Of a stretch of DNA of 64,000 nt, positions 12,311 through 24,114 are shown one piece after another. The DNA is taken from positions 143,840,001 through 143,904,000 of the forward strand of contig OZ024741.1 of the NCBI GenBank assembly GCA_964016885.1, written 5' to 3'. The translations under genes and the position numbers were made by a program. A model generated the notes under the pieces. The model did no database searches, was not told the DNA's origin, and saw nothing but the letters and a program-made list of their open reading frames with translations. Every line of letters begins with the position of its first letter. Positions within the stretch are counted from its first letter, which is position 1. Source of the DNA: Eledone cirrhosa (Eukaryota).

Positions 12311-13102
12311 TCATCATCACCGTTTTACGTCCGTTCTTCCACGCTAGCATGGGTTAGACGGGTTGTCCTGTTGTGGGCAGTGTTTGGTCGGCTGACCATG
12401 CCTTGCTCATACAGGAACTGATCTGGCTTGATTTCTACAGCTGGATGCCCTTCCTAACACCAACCTCATTTACAGTGAGTGCTGGGTGCTTTTTCGTGGC
12501 GCCTACACGTCCACTTTACAGTGTGGGCTGGGTGCTTTTTTGCCGTGGCACCTCCACGACCACCTTGCGGTGGGGGGGGGGGGGGGGCATATTGTTTATA
12601 TGCTTCAGCATGTACCCATGGGAGGTCGGGTACCCTGTATTACTGCGTGACGCCAGAAGTCACGGTCGTGTGTCATTGACTTTGAGAGGTGTAGTTGGGT
12701 AAGGTCGGCTTTTATCACCTCATCCCAAGTCATCTTGGGTCTCCCCACTCCGCGGTTTCCATCAACTTCTAGTGCTCTGCACCTTTTTATGCAGCTGTCA
12801 TCCTTCATACGCATCACATGTCCATACCAGCGTAACCGCCTCTCCTGCACGCAGCATTTGATTCCTCTTATGCTCAGTCTCTCTCTCAATTCATTTATGC
12901 TTTGTCGTTCACGTATATTACTGTTACACATCCATCGGAGCATGCAGGCTTCGTTTCTCTCTAATCTACGTAAGTCTTCCACCTTCAGCGCCCAGGTCTC
13001 ACTACCATGCAACATCGCTGTTCGGATACACGCATCATACAGTCTGCCTTTCATTCTGAGGGAGAAGCCTTTTGCAGCTAGCAGTGGTAGTAGTTCCCTA
13101 AA
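12311..13102 (-). mobile_element. RTE LINE subfamily B, 5'-truncated
   Basis: ORF 12605..13054 is nearly identical to the C-terminus of 35842..38961; (CAT)n tail on the + strand. Confidence 0.93.
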
Positions 13103-13157
13103 GGTGTACGTGTGTGTGTGTGTATGTGAAAGTAAGAGTTGGGGGAAGAACGGGGTT

Positions 13158-13201
<44 letters not shown>

Positions 13202-13283
13202 TATAAAATATAAATATATAAATATATAATATATATATATATATATATAATATATATATATATATAATATATATAAATATATA

Positions 13284-13356
<73 letters not shown>

Positions 13357-13512
13357 TTATATATTTATATATATATATAATATATATATATATATATTAT
13401 ATATTTATATATTTATATATATATATATTATATATATATATATATTATATATATATATATATATATATTATATATTTATATATATTATATATTTATATAT
13501 ATTATATATATA

Positions 13513-13569
<57 letters not shown>

Positions 13570-13593
13570 TTATATATTTATATTTTATATATT

Positions 13594-13629
<36 letters not shown>

Positions 13630-13685
13630 AACCCCGTTCTTCCCCCAACTCTTACTTTCACATACACACACACACACGTACACCT
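13102..13685. repeat. Inverted duplication centred in a (TA)n tract
   Basis: 13102-13156 is the reverse complement of 13631-13685, and irregularities in the adjacent TA tract are mirrored. Confidence 0.85.
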
Positions 13686-14054
13686 ACACACACACACCAC
13701 CTTCAGCCCTCCCCGCTCGGACACCCCGTCTCCCTCTCCCCACTACACCCGCCACCACCCCTACACGCCCCACACCCTTCCAACACCTGTTTTACTCCAT
13801 GTGTATTTTTAATTTTATTTTGATCATGCCTTTATATTTAATTTCATTTGTACTGTTTCCTCTCACCCCCTTTTTTCTATATGTCTCTCCACCACTCCCC
13901 TACACACCCTTGGAACTCACTTCCCACACACTTTTCACCTGAAGAAGGGCTTATGCCCGAAACGTCGTTCCCCACCAGCACCCCACTCTCAAGAGCGTGA
14001 AACTAATAAACCTTTGTTCGTACTGCCTCTCTGTTTTGTTCCCGTTCAATTTTT

Positions 14055-14058
<4 letters not shown>
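13631..14058 (+). mobile_element. PLE pLTR-like 3' fragment with hammerhead-like core
   Basis: CTGAAGA-a-gggc-ttat-gccc-GAAA-cgtcgt at 13939-13968 (stem I weak), followed by AATAAA and a T-rich tail. Confidence 0.55.
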
Positions 14059-14089
<31 letters not shown>

Positions 14090-14096
<7 letters not shown>

Positions 14097-16168
14097 AGAT
14101 CAATTCAATATACAAACTTTAACTTCACATTATTTTTCTCAAATCCTTCTACACACAAACCATAACAACTTTTCTCTTCGCTAATTTTGAAATTGCCACA
14201 ATACATACATTTCTTCTTTTGACGTTAGAATATTCACCCACAATTATTATTTTTTTCTCTCTATCTTCATACATAATTTCCCTTCGTTAATTTTCAAATT
14301 CTTCCCTCCCTCACATATCTATAGTAAAATATTTAACAAACACACCATCAAATTTTCGTATTCTACATCCTCCAATATTTCCAACATCATCTCTAAACAC
14401 AACAACAAAATATTAAATACTAAATCTCTTCCTTCCAATATCGAATTTCATAATAACAGTAATAGTACTCCCGACGTCATTGTAAACCCTAGGCTAACTT
14501 CTGTAAACCCAAATACAACGTCAAACACAACTTCGCTAAATGTTCATAATCCAACTCTAAATCAAGAAACTATTATTCCTATTATTCCTATCGCAAACAA
14601 CTTCTCCAATCCAATTCCTTCTATAGATAACACTAGATCACTCATTAATAACCTCTCTAATTGCAACTGCCGCATCAAAAATAAATGTCCTCTCAACAAC
14701 CATTGCCTCGATAAAAACTTAATTTATGAATGTAAAATTATAACTAGCACCAATTCCTTCACCTATTTTGGCTCCACTTCCACCTCTTTTAAAGCTCGTC
14801 TCTATAATCATCATTCATCTTTCAAATACAAACTTAAAAGAACTAACACTGCTCTCTCAGAACTCATATGGTCCTTAAAAGACAAAAACATTAAATATAA
14901 CATCCTTTGGAAAAAGATTTCTTCTGCATCCTCATACTTGAACAGCTCTCTATCTAAAATCTGTAATCTCTGCCTAAATGAAAATTTACCATTATCTCTA
15001 ACCTAGATTCTATAATAAACAGACGCTCAGATTTGTTTTCTATCTGCCTGCATAAATTCCATAGAACTTTTCACAAAGTATACAGTTAATATTCAATTCT
15101 TTATCAATTTAGAATCTTTTCTCAAAGGCACATATACATACACCTCTTTAAAATATACCCATCTACCTTACCTTACTTTAAAGGGCATTATACACTCTAT
15201 AATACTCGTTTACTCATTACCCTCATTCTATCTTCTCGTAAAATAATAACATTTGTTTTTGACATTTTGAATATTCATCCGCAATCATTATTATTTTTTC
15301 TCTCTATCTTCTTAAATAAATCTTTTTAATCTCAATTTCATCCTTAATTTATTATTTTCTCTTCGCTAATTTTGAAATTGCCACAATACATACATTTCTT
15401 CTTTTGACGTTAGGATATTCACCCACAATTATTATTTTTTTCTCTCTATCTTCATACATAATTTCCCTTCGTTAATTTTCAAATTCCTTTAATTTATACA
15501 TTATCTTCCAACGGTTCCCAACCTCTCTATATTAAAACAATATATCTTTTTCTCAGTTATAAAAACTATCTCTTTCTCTCTATCACCCATCTCTCCCTCT
15601 CCACCTTCACTCTCATCTCCTCCCCCCTTTTTTTCATCCTTTCCACCCCCCCTCCCTAAATAAAATATTTTTTCCTCGCACATATCCTCCCTTCGTTAAT
15701 TTTCAAAATTTTTAATTTATACAGTATCTTCCAACGGTTTTCAACCCCTCTATGTAAAATATATATCTCCTCTCAGTTATAAAAACTATCTCTTTCTCTC
15801 TATCACCCATCTCTCCCTCTCATCTCCTTCCCTTTTCATCCTTTCCCCCCCCCCCCTCTCTAAATAAAATATTTTTCCCAATATCACACATCAATCTAAA
15901 ACCACTTTTCATATGTTGATTTAAAACTGCACTATCAACAAGTGTTTTTTAGCCTTCATATCATGTTCTCCTGTTTTATCTGATGAAAACACAAATATTA
16001 TTGCTTGATGATGTTTGTTTTTGAAATGCGCATAATAAAATATATGGAACTCCTTTAACCATCTTTTGATCTTATATTATGCATACTCCAGTCCCACAAA
16101 CTGTAGAGTGCTTCTTATCCGATATCTGCATTGCTTTATTGTACTACAATAAAACGCACCTCCTACAT
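14090..16168 (+). mobile_element. Penelope-like element 3' fragment (GIY-YIG region and pLTR), same family as 42534-46393
   Basis: ~14300-15088 encodes NCNCRIKNKCPLNNHCLDKNLIYEC...YFGSTSTSFKARLYNH with a frameshift; HHR 15974-16040; 13-bp inverted stub 14090-14102 / 16067-16079; 14170-14300 duplicates the 3' UTR at ~15355-15485. Confidence 0.85.
15974..16040 (+). ncRNA. Type I hammerhead ribozyme in PLE pLTR
   Basis: ttttat-CTGATGA-(~16-bp stem II)-GAAA-tgcgca-TA-ataaaa. Confidence 0.85.
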
Positions 16169-16201
<33 letters not shown>

Positions 16202-16341
16202 TATATATTATATATATATATATAATATATATATATTATATATATATATATATATATAATATATATATATATTATATATATATATATAATATATATATAT
16301 TATATATATATATATATATATTATATATTTATATATATATA

Positions 16342-16394
<53 letters not shown>

Positions 16395-16680
16395 TTATAT
16401 ATATATTTATTATATTATATATATATATTTATATATATATATATATATATTATATATTTATATATATATATATATATATCATATATGTATATATATATAT
16501 ATTATATATTTATATATATATATATATATTATATAAATATTATATATATATTATATATTTATATATATATTATATATTTATATATATATATATATTATAT
16601 ATTTATATATATATATATATATTATATATTTATATATATATATATATATTATATATTTATATATATATATATATATTATA

Positions 16681-16736
<56 letters not shown>

Positions 16737-16756
16737 TTATATATATATTATATATT

Positions 16757-16821
<65 letters not shown>

Positions 16822-16833
16822 ATATTATATATT

Positions 16834-16872
<39 letters not shown>

Positions 16873-16915
16873 ATTATATATTTATATATATATATATATT
16901 ATATATTTATATATA

Positions 16916-19900
16916 TCATCATCATCATCATCATCAACGTTTAACGTCCGTGTTCCACGCTTGCATGGGTTTGGACGGGGGTAGTCCCACTTGAGGCAAG
17001 AGTGATTGTCTTGCTCGCATAGGACTGTCTGGCAGGTTTTCTACAGTTGGATGCCCTTCCTAACACCAACCACATTTACAGTGTGGGTCTGGGAGGTTTT
17101 TACCGTGTTGCCTACACGGCCACATTACAGCGTGGACTGTGTGTTTTTTTGTCGTGACACCTACACGATCTCATTTGTTTCGGCCTCGATGGCGCGGCAC
17201 CAACATAACTTTACATAGAACGGGGTGGTGTGGATCGGGTGGGGGTGGTGGTGGTGGGACGGGGTGTATTTTGTTAGAGATGCCTACTGGCTGGAGTAGG
17301 TTTTACTATATATTTAGGTAAGGCGGGTCTTCTCTGTTACTGAGTACCGCCAAAGGTCTCGGTCCAGTGACATTGTCTTGGAGAGGTGTAAGTGTGTGAT
17401 GTCGGAGTTTATCAGCTCGTCCCAGGTTTTTCTAGGTCTGCCTATTCCGTGACTACCGTCTATCTTTATTGCCCTGCACTTTGTTATACAGCTATCGACT
17501 TTCATGCGCATCACGTGTCCATACCAACGTAGCCTTCTCTCGAGTAAACAACATCTGATCCCTCTTATCTCTAATTTTTTCCTTAGTTCGTTTATGCTTT
17601 GCCGTTCACGTATATTACTGTTACACATCCAGCGGAGCATGCAAGCTTCGTTCCTCTCTAGTCTGCGTATATCCTCTGCACACAATGCCCAGGTCTCACT
17701 GCCATGCAGCATTGCTGTTCGTATGCAGGCATCGTACAACCTGCCTTTCATTTTTAGTGAGAACCCTTTAGCAGCTAATAGTGGTATAAGCTCTCTGAAC
17801 TTTTTCCAACCAGTTCTGACTCTAGCTACAGTACTTTCAGAGCACCCTCCCCCACTGCTGATTTTATCGCCCAGGTAACGGAAGCTGTCCACTATTTCTA
17901 TAGAACCCTCTGCGCAATTGAAAGAGCTAGTAGTTTGTGGGCACTTGCTGCTACTTATTGCACCAGAGCACCGGCCACATGTAAAATCTATGTTCTTAGT
18001 TAGCTTACCTGTGATCCCACTACATCTTTTATGCACCCATACTTTGCATTTAGGACATAAAATGGAGTTTCTACCTACGCCTTTCCTACACACCGAGCAC
18101 GACCATTTCCCAGAAGGGACCGCCGCCTTGTTTTCTTTCCTACAAACTAGTACTTTGGTCTTAGCCAGGTTAATTTTAAGTCCTTTTGACTCTAGGCCGT
18201 GCTTCCATGTTTGGAATTTCTTCTCTAGCTCGGCCATTGATTCCGCTATGAGTGTCAGGTCGTCTGCGTATAGGAGTTCCCATGGGCAGCCTGTCTTGAA
18301 CTCCTCTGTTATAGCCTGAAGGGCAATAATAAATAGTAGTGGGCTGAGAACAGAGCCCTGATGGACGCCAACTTTTACGCTAAACTCTTCACTATATTCG
18401 TTGTTAATTCTAACCTTGCTGACTGTTTCTTTATACATGGCTTGTATAGCCCTCACAAGCCATTCGTCAACGCCTAGTTTTCTAAGAGCCCACCAGATAA
18501 TGGAGCGGGGGACTCTGTCGAAGGCTTTCTCCAAGTCGACAAAAGCTAAGTAGAGGGGTTTACCTTTAGCTAGGTACTTCTCCTGTAGTTGTCGTACTAT
18601 GAAAAGAGCGTCTGTGGTACTTTTGCCTGACACAAACCCGAACTGCATTTCATCTAGGTCAATTCTCTCTCTGATTAGTTGCGCTATTACTTTTTCCGTG
18701 ACCTTCATGACCTGGTCGATTAATTTAATGCCTCTATAGTTACTCCTATCTAGGGCGTCTCCTTTACCCTTATAACAGTTAACGATGATGCTGCTATGCC
18801 AGTCCTTCGGAACAACCCCATTCTGTACGACTTGGTTAACTATGCGGGTGACCATGGTGTGTCCCACCGTGCCAGATGCCTTCAGCATCTCAGCAACTAT
18901 TTCCGAAGGCCCAGCCGCCTTACCCGTCTTCATATCCTTGATTGCCTTACTTATTATACTCCCCTCGACTAACACTGCTGGTCCCTCTATTGGGTCGATA
19001 TGGGGGAGACTGCCTTTCTCCCAATTATTCTCCTCATTTAGTAGCCTTTCATAGTGACACTTCCAAGCTACCTTCTTATCAGCGTCGGTGATGGCAAGTG
19101 TGCCATCGTCGTTTAGTACACACTTCTCCCCGACAATATCACGGTTTTCCTTGACGCATTGCCTAGCAATCCTGAACACCTCACGTTTTTGGTCATCGCG
19201 TTGTAGAACATGCTTGAACTTTCTTTCCTCAGCTTCCCTTCTTGCTAAGTACACTTGTCTCCTAGCTTCCCTCCTGGCCACTTGATAGTCCTCTCTACTT
19301 CCCCCATCCCGCCATACTTTCCAAGCCTGCTTTTTGGCCTTAATTGACCCCTCCACCTTACTGTTCCACCACCATGTTACTCTCCTCCTGCCTACAGGCC
19401 TGCTCCAGCCACAGACCTCGTCTGTCGCCAACAGCAGGTTTGCTTTCAGAAATTCCCACTCTCCCTCTATATTGTCCGACTCTAAATGTTCTTCCTTACT
19501 GTCGAAAGCATCAAGTAATATGCTTTGAAATTTATTCCTGGCTGTGGGGTCCTTTAGCTTCCATATTTTCCTCCTGAGGATAGTCCTCTTCTGTTGTGGA
19601 GTATGTCTCGTCCTGACTATGAGGTCGCTAATTATCAGTCTATGTTGGGAGGTGCATTCTTCATGGGGGAGGGATTTAGTGTTAACAACAGACACTCTGT
19701 CACGTCTTCTGGTAAGGATATAATCTACCTGGCTTGTGTGTTCCCCGGATCTATAGGTGATCAGGTGATTGTCACGTTTTTTGAAGTTAGTGTTACAGAT
19801 AGTTAGGTTATTTGCATCACAGAATTCCAGGATTCTGGAGCCTTCCTCATTTCTAGTACCAAACCCATAGCCTCCATGGATTTCGTCGTAGCCGTCACAA

Positions 19901-21141
19901 TGTTGTCCAACGTGACCATTTAGGTCGCCTGCGATAATTATATAGTCACTGTCGGATATTTGGGAGGTAGTTAGCATCAGTGTCTCATAGAATCTGTCTT
20001 TTATAGTGCCGGGCAGTCCGGATTGGGGTGCGTACGCAGATATTACTGTCACCGTAGTTCTATTGAGGACAAGTCGTATTTTAATTATTCTGTCGTTCAC
20101 TCTATTTACGTCTATTATCTTATCTGCCCACTTTTCTGCTACCATGATTCCTACTCCACCCAGCCCATCGTCGTTTCCCACCCACAAAAGCTTATAACAT
20201 CGTTTTTTACCCTCAATGAACCTAGCAGACCCACCCCTCCACCTGGTCTCTTGAATACAACAAACATCGACCTTCTTACGTTCAAGCATTTCTACAACCT
20301 CGTTAGCGCGACCCTTTAGGGTGCCTACATTTATGGTACCAACTCTGAAGTTTTGGATTGCGTTTGGGGGTTGGGGGCGGTGAGGGGCGGGGGGCGATGG
20401 GGTTATGTTAGCCGTCCGCGGTCGAAACAATGAGGAGTGCTCGCATTCTCGTCCAAGAGGTGAATTTGTCTTTATCTTTGGCATTGTCGCTGAGCGTCCA
20501 GATTTTTCTCTCTCTCACCTCCACTCTCCAGGATTCCGCAGTCCATCCATCCATCATATATCGTATATCGAAAGGCAACCAGGCAAGCGATAGTATAGGC
20601 CTCTGGTTTCTGATTGGTCCGCGTAATAATACTGGTGATGCGTGGGGGCTCTGTTTTATGATTGGTCCACGTAATAGCAATGGTGGTGCGTGGGGGTGGG
20701 AGGGAGGGGTGTTGGGTAGCTAGCAAGAAGGTAATGATTGAATGGGGTCCTTGCATTTAACAAGCGATTAACAAAAATACAAAATTTGTTCTGTTAAATA
20801 CGCCCAAAAACTTACGTATTTAGCAATTAATAGAAACAGAAAATGTAGTTTGTTTTAGCGATAGATTGGCTATTTGGACTTGATACGAAATATGGATTGT
20901 TTTGAAAATACGCTAGAATTAAGATTTGTGGAGGGAGAGAAATGAAGTCTGTACATTACGTTTACATGAATATCGTGGACAGCAAGCAATGAAATTTGGC
21001 GAAGTGAATTCCTATCATATATTTATAGAGAGAGAGAGAGAGTGAGAGAGAGCGAGGGGAGGGGGCCACATGATGGCTGTGAGTGTTAGGCGTTTGACCG
21101 CCCCGTGCCTTCGAAGAAGGAAGAAGGAAAGGATTTTGTTT
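16916..21141 (-). mobile_element. RTE LINE subfamily A, apparently full length
   Basis: Single intact ORF, ~650-bp 5' UTR, (GAT)n tail, (TA)n on both sides. Confidence 0.95.
17314..20484 (-). CDS. RTE ORF: APE endonuclease + reverse transcriptase with inserted PHD-like finger, 1056 aa, intact
   Basis: INVGTL, IQETRW, YAPQ, GDLNGHVG, QVDYIL; NYRGIKL, DLEKAFD, GVHQGSVLSP, YADD; CSVC...CPKC..WVHKRC...CGRC; ERRLRWYGHV. Confidence 0.96.
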   Translation of the reverse strand: MPKIKTNSPLGRECEHSSLFRPRTANITPSPPAPHRPQPPNAIQNFRVGTINVGTLKGRANEVVEMLERKKVDVCCIQETRWRGGSARFIEGKKRCYKLLWVGNDDGLGGVGIMVAEKWADKIIDVNRVNDRIIKIRLVLNRTTVTVISAYAPQSGLPGTIKDRFYETLMLTTSQISDSDYIIIAGDLNGHVGQHCDGYDEIHGGYGFGTRNEEGSRILEFCDANNLTICNTNFKKRDNHLITYRSGEHTSQVDYILTRRRDRVSVVNTKSLPHEECTSQHRLIISDLIVRTRHTPQQKRTILRRKIWKLKDPTARNKFQSILLDAFDSKEEHLESDNIEGEWEFLKANLLLATDEVCGWSRPVGRRRVTWWWNSKVEGSIKAKKQAWKVWRDGGSREDYQVARREARRQVYLARREAEERKFKHVLQRDDQKREVFRIARQCVKENRDIVGEKCVLNDDGTLAITDADKKVAWKCHYERLLNEENNWEKGSLPHIDPIEGPAVLVEGSIISKAIKDMKTGKAAGPSEIVAEMLKASGTVGHTMVTRIVNQVVQNGVVPKDWHSSIIVNCYKGKGDALDRSNYRGIKLIDQVMKVTEKVIAQLIRERIDLDEMQFGFVSGKSTTDALFIVRQLQEKYLAKGKPLYLAFVDLEKAFDRVPRSIIWWALRKLGVDEWLVRAIQAMYKETVSKVRINNEYSEEFSVKVGVHQGSVLSPLLFIIALQAITEEFKTGCPWELLYADDLTLIAESMAELEKKFQTWKHGLESKGLKINLAKTKVLVCRKENKAAVPSGKWSCSVCRKGVGRNSILCPKCKVWVHKRCSGITGKLTKNIDFTCGRCSGAISSSKCPQTTSSFNCAEGSIEIVDSFRYLGDKISSGGGCSESTVARVRTGWKKFRELIPLLAAKGFSLKMKGRLYDACIRTAMLHGSETWALCAEDIRRLERNEACMLRWMCNSNIRERQSINELRKKLEIRGIRCCLLERRLRWYGHVMRMKVDSCITKCRAIKIDGSHGIGRPRKTWDELINSDITHLHLSKTMSLDRDLWRYSVTEKTRLT

Positions 21142-21297
21142 TTATATATATATATTATATATTTATATATATATATATATTATATATTTATATATATATA
21201 TATATTATATATTTATATATATATATATATTATATATTTATATATATTATATATTTATATATATTATATATTTATATATATATATATATTATATATT

Positions 21298-21328
<31 letters not shown>

Positions 21329-21338
21329 ATATATTATA

Positions 21339-21387
<49 letters not shown>

Positions 21388-21392
<5 letters not shown>

Positions 21393-21535
21393 AACAAGTA
21401 AGACCCCGACGGCTGTCGAACGGCTTGAGCTCAGCCGTCGGGGTCTTACTTGTTCCTATTACCCACTCTACTACCCTAAGTATTGAGTACTTTGGTGCGT
21501 TATGGTCCACCTGGTTCCTTACCACATTTTCTTTG

Positions 21536-21537
<2 letters not shown>
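21388..21537 (+). mobile_element. Small fold-back hairpin + tail mini-element (half hammerhead)
   Basis: Perfect 28-bp arms 21388-21415 and 21432-21459; GAA-cggct...agccg-TC resembles HHR stem III with a GUC site; ACTC-tact...agta-TT-GAGT at 21465-21488. Confidence 0.7.
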
Positions 21538-21584
<47 letters not shown>

Positions 21585-21623
21585 TTATATATATATATAT
21601 TATATATTTATATATATATTATA

Positions 21624-21661
<38 letters not shown>

Positions 21662-21683
21662 TTATATATATATATATATTATA

Positions 21684-21721
<38 letters not shown>

Positions 21722-21825
21722 TTATATATATATATATTATATATTTATATATATATATATATATATATTATATATTATATATATATATATATATATTATA
21801 TATTTATATATATATAAATTATATA

Positions 21826-22105
21826 TCCTAAACGGACGGTAGTCCGTTTAGTAATATTGTTGTGGTCGTGTTTTCGTTGGCAATCGTCTGTTTACGACAG
21901 TACAGCGCGGTTCTACTTTATTTAACTGAGATAAAACTTATATGAGCATGAACAGTAGATCATTACGCATCTTTTGGCTTAAAAATCTAGAAATTTGGTC
22001 CAGCGAGAAAAAGTTTATAATCAAAGTTTGCTGATAAATCTTGTGTTCAAGTGAGTGAGTAGTAAGCGTGACGCTAGGGGAGGTAATCCAGAAATGACAA
22101 CGTTT
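21826..22105. mobile_element. Unclassified repeat fragment starting with a 10-bp hairpin (possibly a non-autonomous Helitron/Helentron type)
   Basis: A|TC start, then CTAAACGGAC-ggta-GTCCGTTTAG at 21828-21851; the class is a guess. Confidence 0.3.
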
Positions 22106-22463
22106 GGAAAAGTTTAATTACTGCATGAAAGAAATGATTCAAAAATTGAACTTGCCCAATCTTCACAACATTGAAAATTGGTCAAAATTTGACAAATCTG
22201 ACTTCAAACCAGATATGATTCATTTGAACAATGTTGGAAATCTTAAATTGACACAAATTTTTGCCAATGTTTTTGCCACCTGATCCTTGTTCTATGGCTG
22301 ACTGACTAATTTTGTGACTTAATAAAATGTCATCATACTAGTAATGCACAATGGTCATTTTTAAATTTAAATTTTATTAAATAGTTGTTGCTTGCATTGC
22401 CTTAAAATAGTAACAAGAATGTACACATACTTTTTAAAAATACATCATTATCAGTCAAATCAG

Positions 22464-22820
22464 TCAAATGTCACTAAAAGCCAGGTGGTCGATAACAACT
22501 TCTATAAGATTAGTTACATGCTCACACATTGGATCACCTCTCATCAATGGCATTGGGTGTCTGAGATAATCGTGGAGATAACTGATGAAGTCACAAATGA
22601 AGTGATGGTCTTCCAGTGTGAACAACTCCCTATATCCATTGATATATGTGATGGCTTCCGATTCATAGGTGCATTTTATGAGGAATTCCATGCATCCAGT
22701 TTTCAGTGATTCAATGGGCATTTTATCAGAGATAAGGTATTTGACCACGTTTTGCTTTGTAAGTAAATTGGAGAGAATCACTGCAGTCAAAGTCATTTCT
22801 TTGCATGGGTTTTTGTCCAT
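22464..22820 (-). CDS. Orphan 118-aa ORF, unknown function
   Basis: ATG start immediately after an acceptor-like ttttaactttttag|A; protein-like composition; no recognised motif. Confidence 0.3.
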   Translation of the reverse strand: MDKNPCKEMTLTAVILSNLLTKQNVVKYLISDKMPIESLKTGCMEFLIKCTYESEAITYINGYRELFTLEDHHFICDFISYLHDYLRHPMPLMRGDPMCEHVTNLIEVVIDHLAFSDI

Positions 22821-23093
22821 TCTAAAAAGTTAAAATGATAAAGTATTACTACTATATAACTTACATCTATTGTTGTAACACCATTGAAATGCACAAGTTT
22901 CACCAATTCACTATTATGCACTAATCATCTCAAATGCATTCATGATTTACTAGCTTTGTCATTAAGCCAGTTGCCTCAACTAGATTGCAATTATACTCAA
23001 AAGAACTTTAAAATGTCAATCACTTGTCAGTAATTCACTATGATCATTTAATTATTAGATAGTTGTTGCTTGCATTGCCTTAAAAAATAGTAG

Positions 23094-24108
23094 ACCAGAT
23101 AGAAAAATGCGTACAGCAAAAAAAAGTAATATTGTTGGAATATAAACCTTTAAAAATACAGGACAAGAAACTAAGATAAAACTTTAAAAGAATAGGACAA
23201 GAAACTAAGATAAAACTTTAAAGAATTGGACAAGAAATAACAAATTTTACAATAATATTAGTGGCAAAATTTTTTTATTCGTTTCCTGTGCTATGCTTGA
23301 TTAGTGCATAATAATTGTCATGCTCTCATTGTGCGTTGCCCCTGAGCGGTTGGTTCTGGTTGGGGTTGGTTGGCTGAGCAGTTCTGCTCCATCAGAATGA
23401 CCATTGCAAGAAGAATTGGCCGATGCAGCTGCAGGTCTCCTCCAAGAATGCACTTCTGGTCCCGCAACACCAGACGAAGATGGAGAAGACAACCGGGACA
23501 AGATGTCGACTCTGACCACCGACTACGGCACCTCCCTCAACCACCGGTCCTCCCTCCCTCTGTCCCGTCATCCCTCCAGTCCTCCTGCTCCCCCTTCCTG
23601 TACCAGAAAGCTGTGGCACGCATTCATCTGGACTGCCGGACTTGAACTCAAGGACAAGATGCAAGGAGAAGATGGACGGGTTGGTCAAGATCAAGGATGA
23701 GCGGGACGACAAGACCGTCCGCTGCTGCTCAAGATCTGTGCTCATGGGCCCATGGGTCCATTCACATTATGCATGACACATGAGGCGTGTCGCCGAATGA
23801 TGAAATAGGGGTATGGTTATGGCCCAATTGGTGTTCAAACCAGGATCAAATGATCCCCCCGGTCTGACGACGACCTCTGAATGTGGAACCCAGAGCCTAT
23901 GAATGTGGAACTCGATATTTTACCAATAAAAATTTTGCCACTAATATTATTGTAAACTTTTTTATTTCTTGTCCAATTCTTTAAAGTTTTATCTTAGTTT
24001 CTTGTCCTATTCTTTTAAAGTTTTATCTTAGTTTCTTGTCCTGTATTTTTAAAGGTTTATATTCCAACAATATTACTTTTTTTTGCTGTACGCATTTTTC
24101 TATCTGGT
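23094..24108. mobile_element. Non-autonomous TIR element with ~180-bp TIRs containing ~34-bp tandem subterminal repeats
   Basis: ACCAGATAGAAAAATGCG... at 23094-~23275 is the reverse complement of ~23928-24108; GGACAAGAAACTAAGATAAAACTTT repeats; GC-rich interior. Confidence 0.8.
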
Positions 24109-24114
24109 TTATAT

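Noticed and set aside
21075-21112. Twister-like string GGCG-loop-CGCC-TAA-CACT on the minus strand at the RTE-A 5' end
   Set aside because: The P2 partner and pseudoknot segments are not identifiable, and no HDV-like fold could be built by eye either.
23860-23925. CTGACGA hammerhead-like motif in the TIR element interior
   Set aside because: No GAAA with a closable stem II or III.
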